Virus record (IMG/VR): IMGVR_UViG_3300047160_027173
Coordinates: 1-64,000 of that record
From: a virus
DNA length: 64,000 nucleotides
Reading direction: 5' to 3' (one strand)
Translations under genes and position numbers: made by a program
Notes under the pieces: model-generated
Seen by the model: the letters and a program-made list of their open reading frames with translations, nothing else
Database searches by the model: none
Told to the model about the DNA's origin: nothing
Shown here: positions 38,407 through 46,507 of the stretch, one piece after another
How positions within the stretch are numbered: the first letter of the stretch is position 1
Layout of the letters: the number at the start of each line of letters is the position of its first letter

Positions 38407-40107
38407 TTAGACGATGCTCAGGGTTCCGGCGTTCGTCACAGACAGCGTCCAGACGGTTCCGTTCGGAGACGCCATTTTGATCGTGCCCGGGACTGTGAGC
38501 AGAACCAGGTTGCCGTCCTTGTCGAAGTAGGCCTTCTCGACACCGCCGTTGCGGATGCTGAGAAGTTCAGCGCCGAGGGTGCCATAGGCGGCGTTGGTGT
38601 CGATGATGGTGCCGACGGCGCTGGCACCGTCGGGCGCGCTACCCGCGAGGTGGAGAGTGATCGAGTCACCCCAGAGGACGTTGTCTTCCCAGGCGGAGCC
38701 GTTCCAGCTCTGCAGGTGGATGTTAGCGGAAGACTGGTGGGGACGGACGTAGGCGTCCGGGTACGAGGGGAGGATGGTGAAGTTAGAGCCCGTGCCCTCG
38801 GTGGCGAAGGAGAAGAAGCTACCACCGGGGCCGGAGTTGCCCTGAGCGCTCATCACCACGCCGAGTGTATCGGCATCGTGCTTGAAGAAAACAGACGGGA
38901 TGCTGACGCCGCCCGTACCCTCACAGATGAAGTTCGCGGTCTGCGAGCCCCGGAGCTTGAGCAGCATGGGCGTCTTGGCGTCCGTGTAGCTGAACGCACT
39001 GGGTCCGCCGATGACCATACCCAGGAGACCGAAGTAAGCGGCCTCGGTGCCGCTGTTCTGGATGCTGACGAGCTTGTCACCGTTCGTGCTGAGGATGGGA
39101 CCGCTGTTGAGGATGGTGGCCACGGTCGAGCCGCTGGTGGTCGCCCAGCCCTGGATCTTCGTAGCACCCGGGCCGACGGGCAACTGCACGTAGTTGTGGG
39201 TGGCGTCGAAGCGCTGGGTGAGAGCGAAGGTGCCAATCGAATCAATCCAGGCTGAGCCGAAGGGGTTGCTGCTGTGGCCGAAGCCGTAGGCTGCCGGTGA
39301 GCCCGGCTGGAGAGTGCCGTCCGCTTCCCAGTAGGCAATTTCGGAGCCGTTGTTGCGGATGCTGTGGACCTTGTTGCCGGGCGTGTTGATGTTGACCTGA
39401 GTATCGAGGATGACGCCGCCGACGTGACCGCTGGTGTTGGGGCCGTCACCTGAGATGGTCCAGGGCAGACCACCGGTAGCCAGCAGCGGGTTGGAGACGC
39501 CGCCACCGCCAGCCGTGGACTGGGTGCTGCCGTCGGCGAAGGTGATGACGCCACCGCCGCCCAGGGTCAGGGTCAGGCCGAGGCCGCTGATGGTGCCGTC
39601 GAAGGCGATGCTGGCGACCTCGGTGCCGCCGCCGAGGATGTTGTTCTGGATGCTGACGAGCTTGGAGCCGCCCGTGACGAGGTTGTTGTAGGAGCCCATC
39701 CTGACGCCGATGGCCGTCGATGAGTCGACCAAGACGCCGACCAGGTTCAGAGTGCTGGTGGTGGTGGCAGCGGCGCCGACGGTACTGTAGTGACCACCGG
39801 AGTAGAGGAACGTGCTTTCCGTCAGGCTTCCCGACAGACCACCCAGCGTCAGGCTGGCGTAGCTCTGCATCTGGCCGCCGCTGCCGTCAATGGAGAACAC
39901 CGGGAAGCTATGGTACTGGACCTGGAAGAGCTTGGCCGTGCTGAGGGTGTCCGTGCTGTTGACGATGACGGCCACGTGGCCGCTGGTGTCCGCGGGGACG
40001 TGGCCCTGGAGCGTGATCTGGCTGCCAGCCGCCGTCTGGACGGTGTTAGCAGCGGCCGTGATGAGCTGGACCAGCGTCGGCGGAGATGGGATTACCTGCA
40101 GCGGCAT
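38407..40107 (-). CDS. Tail fibre built from five shaft repeats
   Basis: Repeated KL.SI.N.G.E.A module; C-terminal MASPNGTVWTLSVTNAGTL. Confidence 0.7.
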   Translation of the reverse strand: MPLQVIPSPPTLVQLITAAANTVQTAAGSQITLQGHVPADTSGHVAVIVNSTDTLSTAKLFQVQYHSFPVFSIDGSGGQMQSYASLTLGGLSGSLTESTFLYSGGHYSTVGAAATTTSTLNLVGVLVDSSTAIGVRMGSYNNLVTGGSKLVSIQNNILGGGTEVASIAFDGTISGLGLTLTLGGGGVITFADGSTQSTAGGGGVSNPLLATGGLPWTISGDGPNTSGHVGGVILDTQVNINTPGNKVHSIRNNGSEIAYWEADGTLQPGSPAAYGFGHSSNPFGSAWIDSIGTFALTQRFDATHNYVQLPVGPGATKIQGWATTSGSTVATILNSGPILSTNGDKLVSIQNSGTEAAYFGLLGMVIGGPSAFSYTDAKTPMLLKLRGSQTANFICEGTGGVSIPSVFFKHDADTLGVVMSAQGNSGPGGSFFSFATEGTGSNFTILPSYPDAYVRPHQSSANIHLQSWNGSAWEDNVLWGDSITLHLAGSAPDGASAVGTIIDTNAAYGTLGAELLSIRNGGVEKAYFDKDGNLVLLTVPGTIKMASPNGTVWTLSVTNAGTLSIV

Positions 40108-43100
40108 TAGGTACCCACGAAGCTGACGAGGACGTCGTCGGCCAGGTTAAGGACCAGGGCCTTCTCGAAGGGCTGGACGCTGATGAGGTCGTTGCCGGGG
40201 CCGTAGGTCGGGCTCAGCACGGTCACGGCGTTGACGCCGTTCACGGACATGGCGGCGTCGACGATGGCGCTGATGGCCACGGGCAGGCCAACGCCGGTCT
40301 GGTTGACGGTGCTGGCCACAGCCGACTGGACCTGGTTGATGATGTCCGTGCTGTTGATGCCGGACTGGACGCGGAGGGCCAGGGAGACCTGGACCCTGCG
40401 GACCAGCGGGCCTTCGATGTTGACGTTGGCACCGGCGGCGACGATGCCCGGGTAAGTCGTGGGATCAGACTCCAGGCCGTAGCTGACCTTGTTGGCTTCC
40501 TGGATGAGGCCCAGGCTGTGCCGGTAGCCGTCGATGCCGGTGGCGGTCGAGGACGGGAAGCCGAGCTTGTCCAGGCTCAGGAGGAGGGTTCCGGCGGCCT
40601 CCGTGACCTTGGTGAAGCCAGCGTCGGTCGTGAACTTGACGTCGACCAGAGCCGGGTTGGCCTGGTTGGGGCTGACGGCGAGAATCTGCTTGATGAGGCT
40701 GCTGGGGAGCTTCTCGACGACTTGGATGAGGGGAGCGTTGGCTCCGAGGGCGGCGACCGCACTCTGGTTGGCGCCGACGCTTTCCAGCGTGTACTGCCAC
40801 TGGTTGTTGCCGAAGCCGGGGTTGATGGTGGCGAGGTCGATGCTCCTCACGACCCAGGTGCCGATGTTGGCCCGGCCCCAGATGGGGGTGTTGATGACGA
40901 GCAAGTCCTTGGGGACGATGCTGTCGTAGGTCAGGAAGGCGAGGTCGGCAATCTGCGTCTCTTCGAGGACGTTGGGGTTCTCGACCCAGAAGGTCTTGGC
41001 GGTGTTGTCGATGCGGACGATGCGGAAGAAGCCCTGGTTGACGCTGCTGACGATGCCCGGACCGCTGAGGGTGTCGCTGACGTTGACCCAGTCACCTTCG
41101 CTGACGCCGCTCAGGTTCGGGCTGCTACCGGCCACGTAGACGAAGGCCACGAAGCGGCCCTGCTTCTCAATCTGCCAGGTCACGCCAGCGATGGGGGCTC
41201 CGCCAGCGTTGGCGAAGGTCCAGGCCTTGGTTCCGGCGCCGTTGTAGACGACGACGCCCGTGCTCAGGGTGATGCTCGTCAGGGTCGTGTTGGCGTCGAT
41301 GTTGGCCTTGGGGACGGCGATGGCGTTCTGCAGCCGGACCCAGTTCTGGGCGTAGATGCTGGCACCGTCGGAGGCGTCGACGCTGACGACGGCGTAGGTG
41401 CTGGCGACGTCCACTGCCGAGCCCTGGACGGCGGCAGAGAGGAAGTTGGCGGCTCCGCCCTGGACCTGGACACTGCCGACCGAGCCCGGGGTCAGGCTGG
41501 CGATCTGCGGGTGGCGACCCTGGGCGGCAACCTCGACCTCGGCGCTGGCGAAGAGGCCACCGGGGCCAGGGGTGGAGAGGAAGTCGACCACGTTCAGGGC
41601 CGTGATGGGCACCAGGAAGACGCGCTCGTTGGCCCAGTCACTGTTGGTGGCCAGGGCCGCGGTGACGGAGTCCTTCAGGGTGAAGACGAAGTTGTTGGCG
41701 GGCAGCGTCGGGGTGTTCGTGCTCCGCACCCAGTTGAGGCCGTCGCTGAAGTACCACCAGGGGTTGGCGCCACCGAGGACGGCGGCCTCGTAGGTGGCAT
41801 CGCTGATGACGCCCGAGTTGCTGACGCCGTTGCCGACGGCCACCGCGGTCACGGGGCTGTTGGTGAGGGCGTTGACGGCGGCGGCGATGGCGACGATGCC
41901 CGAGGCGCCGGTGTTCAGCGGGAAGAAGCTGACGTTGAGGCCAGACAGGTACCAGGTCAGGGTGCCGGTGACGGAGCCCACGACCGGGGACTTACCCAGG
42001 GTGTCGTGGGGGTCGGCGGTGGTGAGCTTGATGGCCTGCTGGAAGTTCGCGGCGAAGGCGCCGCCGACGATGGACTGAATGTCACCGACGACGACACTGG
42101 AGCCAGCCGAGACCTCGCCCTGGTTGTCGAAGCTGAGCGTGCCGATGTTCGGCGTACCGGCGACGGCGTTGGTGTTCTCGCGGTAGTTGACCTGGATGGT
42201 GCCAGGGACCTCGGCGATGGTGTAGGCGCCGGTGGCGAAGTTCGAGTCCGTGCTCTGGGTCCAGATGACCTCGCCCACGGTCAGGCCGTGGTTGGTGACG
42301 GCGCCCGGCAGGGTCAGGAGGAGGCTGGTCATGCCGTAGATGGTGCCGCTGACCTGGGCCGTCGAGCCCGAGCCGCCACCGGTGATGGTCTCGCCGTTGA
42401 TGAAGGCGCCGAGGACGGCGGTCAGGATGAGGCTGCCGTTGGCGCCACCGGGTGCGCCGCCGACGACCTGGATGACGGCCGTGGCACCTGAGACGGCGCC
42501 GGTGATGGTCTCACCTGCGGTCCAGCCGATGCCGACCTTGGCGACGTAGTCCAGGCGCTGGGTACGGCTGGCCGAGCTGATGAGGAAGTTGAAGACGGTC
42601 TGGTAGTCGTAGAGGCTGTTGCCGTCAGGGCCTGCCGTGCAGGCCACGCCGATCCTGGACGTGTTCCTGAGGCTGGTGCCGGTGCGAGCGGCTCCAGAAG
42701 GCAGCAGGACGGTGATGTCGACGTACTGGTCGCTGAAGGTGTTGGTGCGGACCAGGACCGGCTCCGAGGCCACCAGCGGGTAGCCATAGGCGATGCGGGC
42801 GTCGTTGCCGTCAGGGCCCAGGCGCTTGTACCGCCAGAGGACGGTGGAGGTCGTGTCCAGGCTGGAGACGCGGTCGGACTTGGTCCGGCCCGGCATGAAG
42901 ACGGCGAAGTCCTGCCAGTTCATGGCCGTGCCGAAGGACTCGGCCAAGCTGACGCCGCCCTGGCTGGCATCGGTCAGGGTCATGGTGATGCCGTAGGTGC
43001 TGCCCACGGTACCGCCCTGGCGGAACATGTTCTGGACGAAGCGCTTGCTGGCCGTGTCGCCGTCGATGACGACAGCGAGCTGGTCCTGGGGACTGATGGA

Positions 43101-45980
43101 GTAGGGGCTGGCCGCGTAGAGGCGGTCGCTGTTGATGAAGTTCTCGATAGCCGGGCTGCGGACGGTGATGTCCAGGTACGTGGCCATGTTGTCGATGGTC
43201 GTCACGTGGCCGTTGTTGGTCTCCCTGAGCAGGGGGCCGGTGTCAGGCTTCGGCTGCAGGCCGACGAGAATGCTGCCGCTGTTGACGCCGGAAGCCGCCA
43301 GCAGACCGAACTCGTTGCTGGGGCTGACGACGGCGTTGATGGTGCCGACCTGGAAGGCCGGGGTGCCCGTGTCGGGGTTGGCGGCGAGCTGGGAGGCGAG
43401 GTGGCTGCTCTCGTTGAGGACGGCTGAGCTGACCGGCAGGCCCAGCTTGAAGCCTTCGTCGTTGCTGGCCACCAGGGCCATGGTGCCGCCCCCGGTGTGG
43501 AACTCGTTGGTGCGGACCCTGATGCGGTTGGTCCGGAAGACCTCGGCCGTGGCAGAGATCAGCTGGGCGTTGATGAGGGCCGCGAAGCTGGTGGCCGTGT
43601 AGGTGGTCGCGGCGCCCGTCGAGTCCTGGACGAAGACTCGCTGCAGCTGGGCGCTGGTCCTGACCAGGGTCACGGCGCCGGTCCGGAGGGTGTCGGTCTC
43701 GGAGCTGGACCAGGTGGCGGGCTGCTCGACCTCGACCCAGAAGAAGCTCGGGTCGACGCTGGCGATGCGGTAGGCGCCGCGGTTGGGCTGGCTGACGCCC
43801 AGGTCCTGGATGACGATCCAGTCGCCGTGCTGGGCGTTGGCGAAGACGGTCGTCGAGGCCGTCAGGCGGACCCGGAAGCCCCAGGATTCGGAGGTGGCGG
43901 AGAAGGCGAGGACGGTGCCCGCGCCCAGGCTGGACTTGAGGAGTTGGGCGTCGCCGTCGACGTCGAACCAGAGTTCGGCGCCGGTCTGGCCGCTGACTGA
44001 GGTGGCCTCGGCGGCGATGGTGACGGAGCCCAGGGCGGTGGACTGCAGGAAGGCCCGGGTCTCCAGGCTGCCCGCGGTCAGGCGGTCGCCGACGACGAGA
44101 ATTTCGCTGTCGTCGAGGCGGATCTGGCCCAGGTTGCGGTCCAGGGTGTAGTCGCTGTTCAGGCCCTGGGACATGCCCCGGCTGCCATCGGTGGAGAAGA
44201 CCTTGTTCGTGACCAGGGTGCCGCCGCCGATGACGAGGCTGGCGTTGGCGCTACGGCCGCGGTTGCTGGTGATGACGAGGCTGTCGGCGCTGACCGTGCA
44301 GGTGATGCCGGGGACGCGGAAGTTGAAGACGGCCGCCCAGGCGGCGATGCTGTCACCAGCCGAGAGGGTGGCGAAGCCCGTGCCGGCGTTGACGAAGTCG
44401 GCATCGGTGAAGGTGATGAAGCCCGGGGTGACGCCGTCCACGAGGGGGATGCCGTCCAGGGTCAGAGCCAGAGTCTGAGGACTGGACATTGCGCCCCACA
44501 GGCCCTGGGGATTGCCGACCAGGCTTGCCACCTGGCCGTCCTTGCTCAGCAGGCGGTCGTTCTTGTAGAGGCGCAGGGTGTCGATGCGGCCGGCGGGGAA
44601 GCCCAGGTAGGCGTTGGCGCCCGTGTCCAGGACCTCGATGTCCTCGTTGGTGTCGGCCTTGGCGCTGAGGGCGACCTGGGTGCCGTTGTTGGTCGGCTTG
44701 GCCTGGAAGAGCAGGGTCGAGTTGGCGTTGATGCTGGTGGCGACCTCGAAGGCGCTGGCGTTGCTGATGGCCCGGAAGTCGCTGGCTGAGAAGGTGTGGG
44801 CGCTGAGGACGCCACCGACCAGGACCGAGAGGGTGCTGACCTGGAGGTTGTAGGGGGCGCTGAGAAGGGTGATGTCCTGGGCCTTGCTGACGGGGCGGCC
44901 CTGGGCAAGCTGGAAGTACTGCTCGCCGCCGAGGGCGTCGTCGATGAGGACCTCGTAGGCCACGCCACCGGTGATCTCCTCGTAGCCGGTGCCGTCGTCG
45001 ATGTAGAGGGTGGTCGGGAAGTTCTCGCGGGTGACCACGGAGGCGCTGATGACGCGCTTGTTCTCGTCCAGGGCCGTGATGCCCAAGACTGCCGTCGTCA
45101 GGGCCAGCGGGGTGCCCCGGCTACGGCTCTGGCGGACGTCGCGGATGCGCTCCCGGTAGCTGTTGTCGTCCTCGTTGTCGAGGCCGTTCGTGAAGGGAGT
45201 GTCGTTGGTGACGGCGGCGCCCGTGAAGGGAGCCGTGACGAAGGCGTTGACGGTGCCAGCGGGCACATTGCCGATGGTACCTTCCTGGGTGGCCACGGCC
45301 GGGACAGAGGTGATGATGGTCTCGCCGTCGGGGATGAGGGCGTCGTACTGGGTGCTGAACTGGACGGCAAGGCTGGCGTTGCCCTGCGGGGTCTGGACCA
45401 GAGTGCCGGCGAGGATGGCCCGGTTACCGCCCTGGGCGACGACGACGGACTCGTTGAGGTTGTGGTACTTCTGGGTGTGGCTGCCGCCGGCCAGGTTCAG
45501 CACCCAAAAGTTCGTCATGTTGACTTTGCTGGTGTAGCTGAGCGGGCCCTCGTAGTTGACGGTACCGCGGCCGAGGTAGACAGCGCCCGAGGCCGGGAAC
45601 AGGCTGGCGTCGGTCACGTTGACCGTGGCCGAGCCCACGATGGGGGCGGGCTGACCGGGGAAGATCTTGGAGCTGATCTTCGTGAAGCTGGTGTCGGAGA
45701 TGGTCAGGGTACCGACGGCAGGCGTCTGGCCGATGCGGGCCGTGTCTTCGTCGGCGCCGATGTTGTCCAGGGCGAGTCCCGTGGCACGGTCCAGGCTCTG
45801 GCTGTCCAGGAGCTGGAAGATGTCCTGGCTCGAACGCAGGTCGGACTGAGCAGCGGCCTCGATGATGGAGAGGGCTGGGTTACCAACTTGCAATTTTGGG
45901 AGCCCCAGCTTCGAGAGAAGGGCGTTGATCATCGCGCCGCTAATCTGGCTGTAGCTACGCGGCACCGGGATCGTGGCCAT
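40107..45980 (-). CDS. Large baseplate J-like wedge protein
   Basis: LDRATGLALD, GTIGNVPAGTVN, TNGLDNEDDNSYRERI, LYIDDGTG; C-terminal baseplate-J-like domain. Confidence 0.85.
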   Translation of the reverse strand: MATIPVPRSYSQISGAMINALLSKLGLPKLQVGNPALSIIEAAAQSDLRSSQDIFQLLDSQSLDRATGLALDNIGADEDTARIGQTPAVGTLTISDTSFTKISSKIFPGQPAPIVGSATVNVTDASLFPASGAVYLGRGTVNYEGPLSYTSKVNMTNFWVLNLAGGSHTQKYHNLNESVVVAQGGNRAILAGTLVQTPQGNASLAVQFSTQYDALIPDGETIITSVPAVATQEGTIGNVPAGTVNAFVTAPFTGAAVTNDTPFTNGLDNEDDNSYRERIRDVRQSRSRGTPLALTTAVLGITALDENKRVISASVVTRENFPTTLYIDDGTGYEEITGGVAYEVLIDDALGGEQYFQLAQGRPVSKAQDITLLSAPYNLQVSTLSVLVGGVLSAHTFSASDFRAISNASAFEVATSINANSTLLFQAKPTNNGTQVALSAKADTNEDIEVLDTGANAYLGFPAGRIDTLRLYKNDRLLSKDGQVASLVGNPQGLWGAMSSPQTLALTLDGIPLVDGVTPGFITFTDADFVNAGTGFATLSAGDSIAAWAAVFNFRVPGITCTVSADSLVITSNRGRSANASLVIGGGTLVTNKVFSTDGSRGMSQGLNSDYTLDRNLGQIRLDDSEILVVGDRLTAGSLETRAFLQSTALGSVTIAAEATSVSGQTGAELWFDVDGDAQLLKSSLGAGTVLAFSATSESWGFRVRLTASTTVFANAQHGDWIVIQDLGVSQPNRGAYRIASVDPSFFWVEVEQPATWSSSETDTLRTGAVTLVRTSAQLQRVFVQDSTGAATTYTATSFAALINAQLISATAEVFRTNRIRVRTNEFHTGGGTMALVASNDEGFKLGLPVSSAVLNESSHLASQLAANPDTGTPAFQVGTINAVVSPSNEFGLLAASGVNSGSILVGLQPKPDTGPLLRETNNGHVTTIDNMATYLDITVRSPAIENFINSDRLYAASPYSISPQDQLAVVIDGDTASKRFVQNMFRQGGTVGSTYGITMTLTDASQGGVSLAESFGTAMNWQDFAVFMPGRTKSDRVSSLDTTSTVLWRYKRLGPDGNDARIAYGYPLVASEPVLVRTNTFSDQYVDITVLLPSGAARTGTSLRNTSRIGVACTAGPDGNSLYDYQTVFNFLISSASRTQRLDYVAKVGIGWTAGETITGAVSGATAVIQVVGGAPGGANGSLILTAVLGAFINGETITGGGSGSTAQVSGTIYGMTSLLLTLPGAVTNHGLTVGEVIWTQSTDSNFATGAYTIAEVPGTIQVNYRENTNAVAGTPNIGTLSFDNQGEVSAGSSVVVGDIQSIVGGAFAANFQQAIKLTTADPHDTLGKSPVVGSVTGTLTWYLSGLNVSFFPLNTGASGIVAIAAAVNALTNSPVTAVAVGNGVSNSGVISDATYEAAVLGGANPWWYFSDGLNWVRSTNTPTLPANNFVFTLKDSVTAALATNSDWANERVFLVPITALNVVDFLSTPGPGGLFASAEVEVAAQGRHPQIASLTPGSVGSVQVQGGAANFLSAAVQGSAVDVASTYAVVSVDASDGASIYAQNWVRLQNAIAVPKANIDANTTLTSITLSTGVVVYNGAGTKAWTFANAGGAPIAGVTWQIEKQGRFVAFVYVAGSSPNLSGVSEGDWVNVSDTLSGPGIVSSVNQGFFRIVRIDNTAKTFWVENPNVLEETQIADLAFLTYDSIVPKDLLVINTPIWGRANIGTWVVRSIDLATINPGFGNNQWQYTLESVGANQSAVAALGANAPLIQVVEKLPSSLIKQILAVSPNQANPALVDVKFTTDAGFTKVTEAAGTLLLSLDKLGFPSSTATGIDGYRHSLGLIQEANKVSYGLESDPTTYPGIVAAGANVNIEGPLVRRVQVSLALRVQSGINSTDIINQVQSAVASTVNQTGVGLPVAISAIVDAAMSVNGVNAVTVLSPTYGPGNDLISVQPFEKALVLNLADDVLVSFVGT

Positions 45981-46507
45981 TAGCGTACCCCGCCTTTACG
46001 GACGTTGTCCGAATGCCAGAGGGGCTGCAGATTCGTGTAGTGGCAGGCTTCCAAAAGTTGCATCCGATCAGTCAGGTTGAAGGCAGACAGCGGCTTGATG
46101 TGGTCAATGCTCCACTGGCCGGGTTTCACGCCCCGGTTTTCCCAGGTCATGCCTGGCAGGAACTTAGATTCGAGGTGGGCCATGAGTTCTTGAACAGTGC
46201 ATCCGAGATCCCGAACAGCCGACCCCGGAGCCTTCTTCAGAGCGTGATGGAGACGAGTCCGTAGATTGTCCGCAATCCGCCTTTGCGGCTTCTGCTTTTG
46301 CTTCTTACGAGCAGCCCTCATTGAGAGACCATAGGCCTCTGAAGCCAGGTACGTCTGCCCCTTCTCTGATGCCAGGTAACGAGCCTGAGCCGCTGCGCTC
46401 TCAGCCCTTCTTCCACTCTGGTAGACCCTGAAACAGGCCTTACACCAGCGCTGACCGGCATGAAAGGCCGTCAAGGGCAGATCCAATTGGCAGTGGCTGC
46501 AGGTCAT
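45980..46507 (-). CDS. Free-standing HNH-type homing endonuclease
   Basis: CSHC...CKAC, LGCT...MTWEN, WSIDHIKP, HYTNLQPLW..DN..K; lower GC than the flanks. Confidence 0.85.
   Translation of the reverse strand: MTCSHCQLDLPLTAFHAGQRWCKACFRVYQSGRRAESAAAQARYLASEKGQTYLASEAYGLSMRAARKKQKQKPQRRIADNLRTRLHHALKKAPGSAVRDLGCTVQELMAHLESKFLPGMTWENRGVKPGQWSIDHIKPLSAFNLTDRMQLLEACHYTNLQPLWHSDNVRKGGVR

Noticed and set aside
12992-40107. Diversity-generating retroelement or invertible fibre cassette
   Set aside because: No reverse transcriptase or recombinase in the window and no near-identical template/variable repeat pair noticed; fibre repeats are diverged protein-level repeats
45980-46507. Group I intron carrying the HNH gene
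   Set aside because: Both flanking genes are complete and overlap the HNH ORF, leaving no room for intron RNA structure
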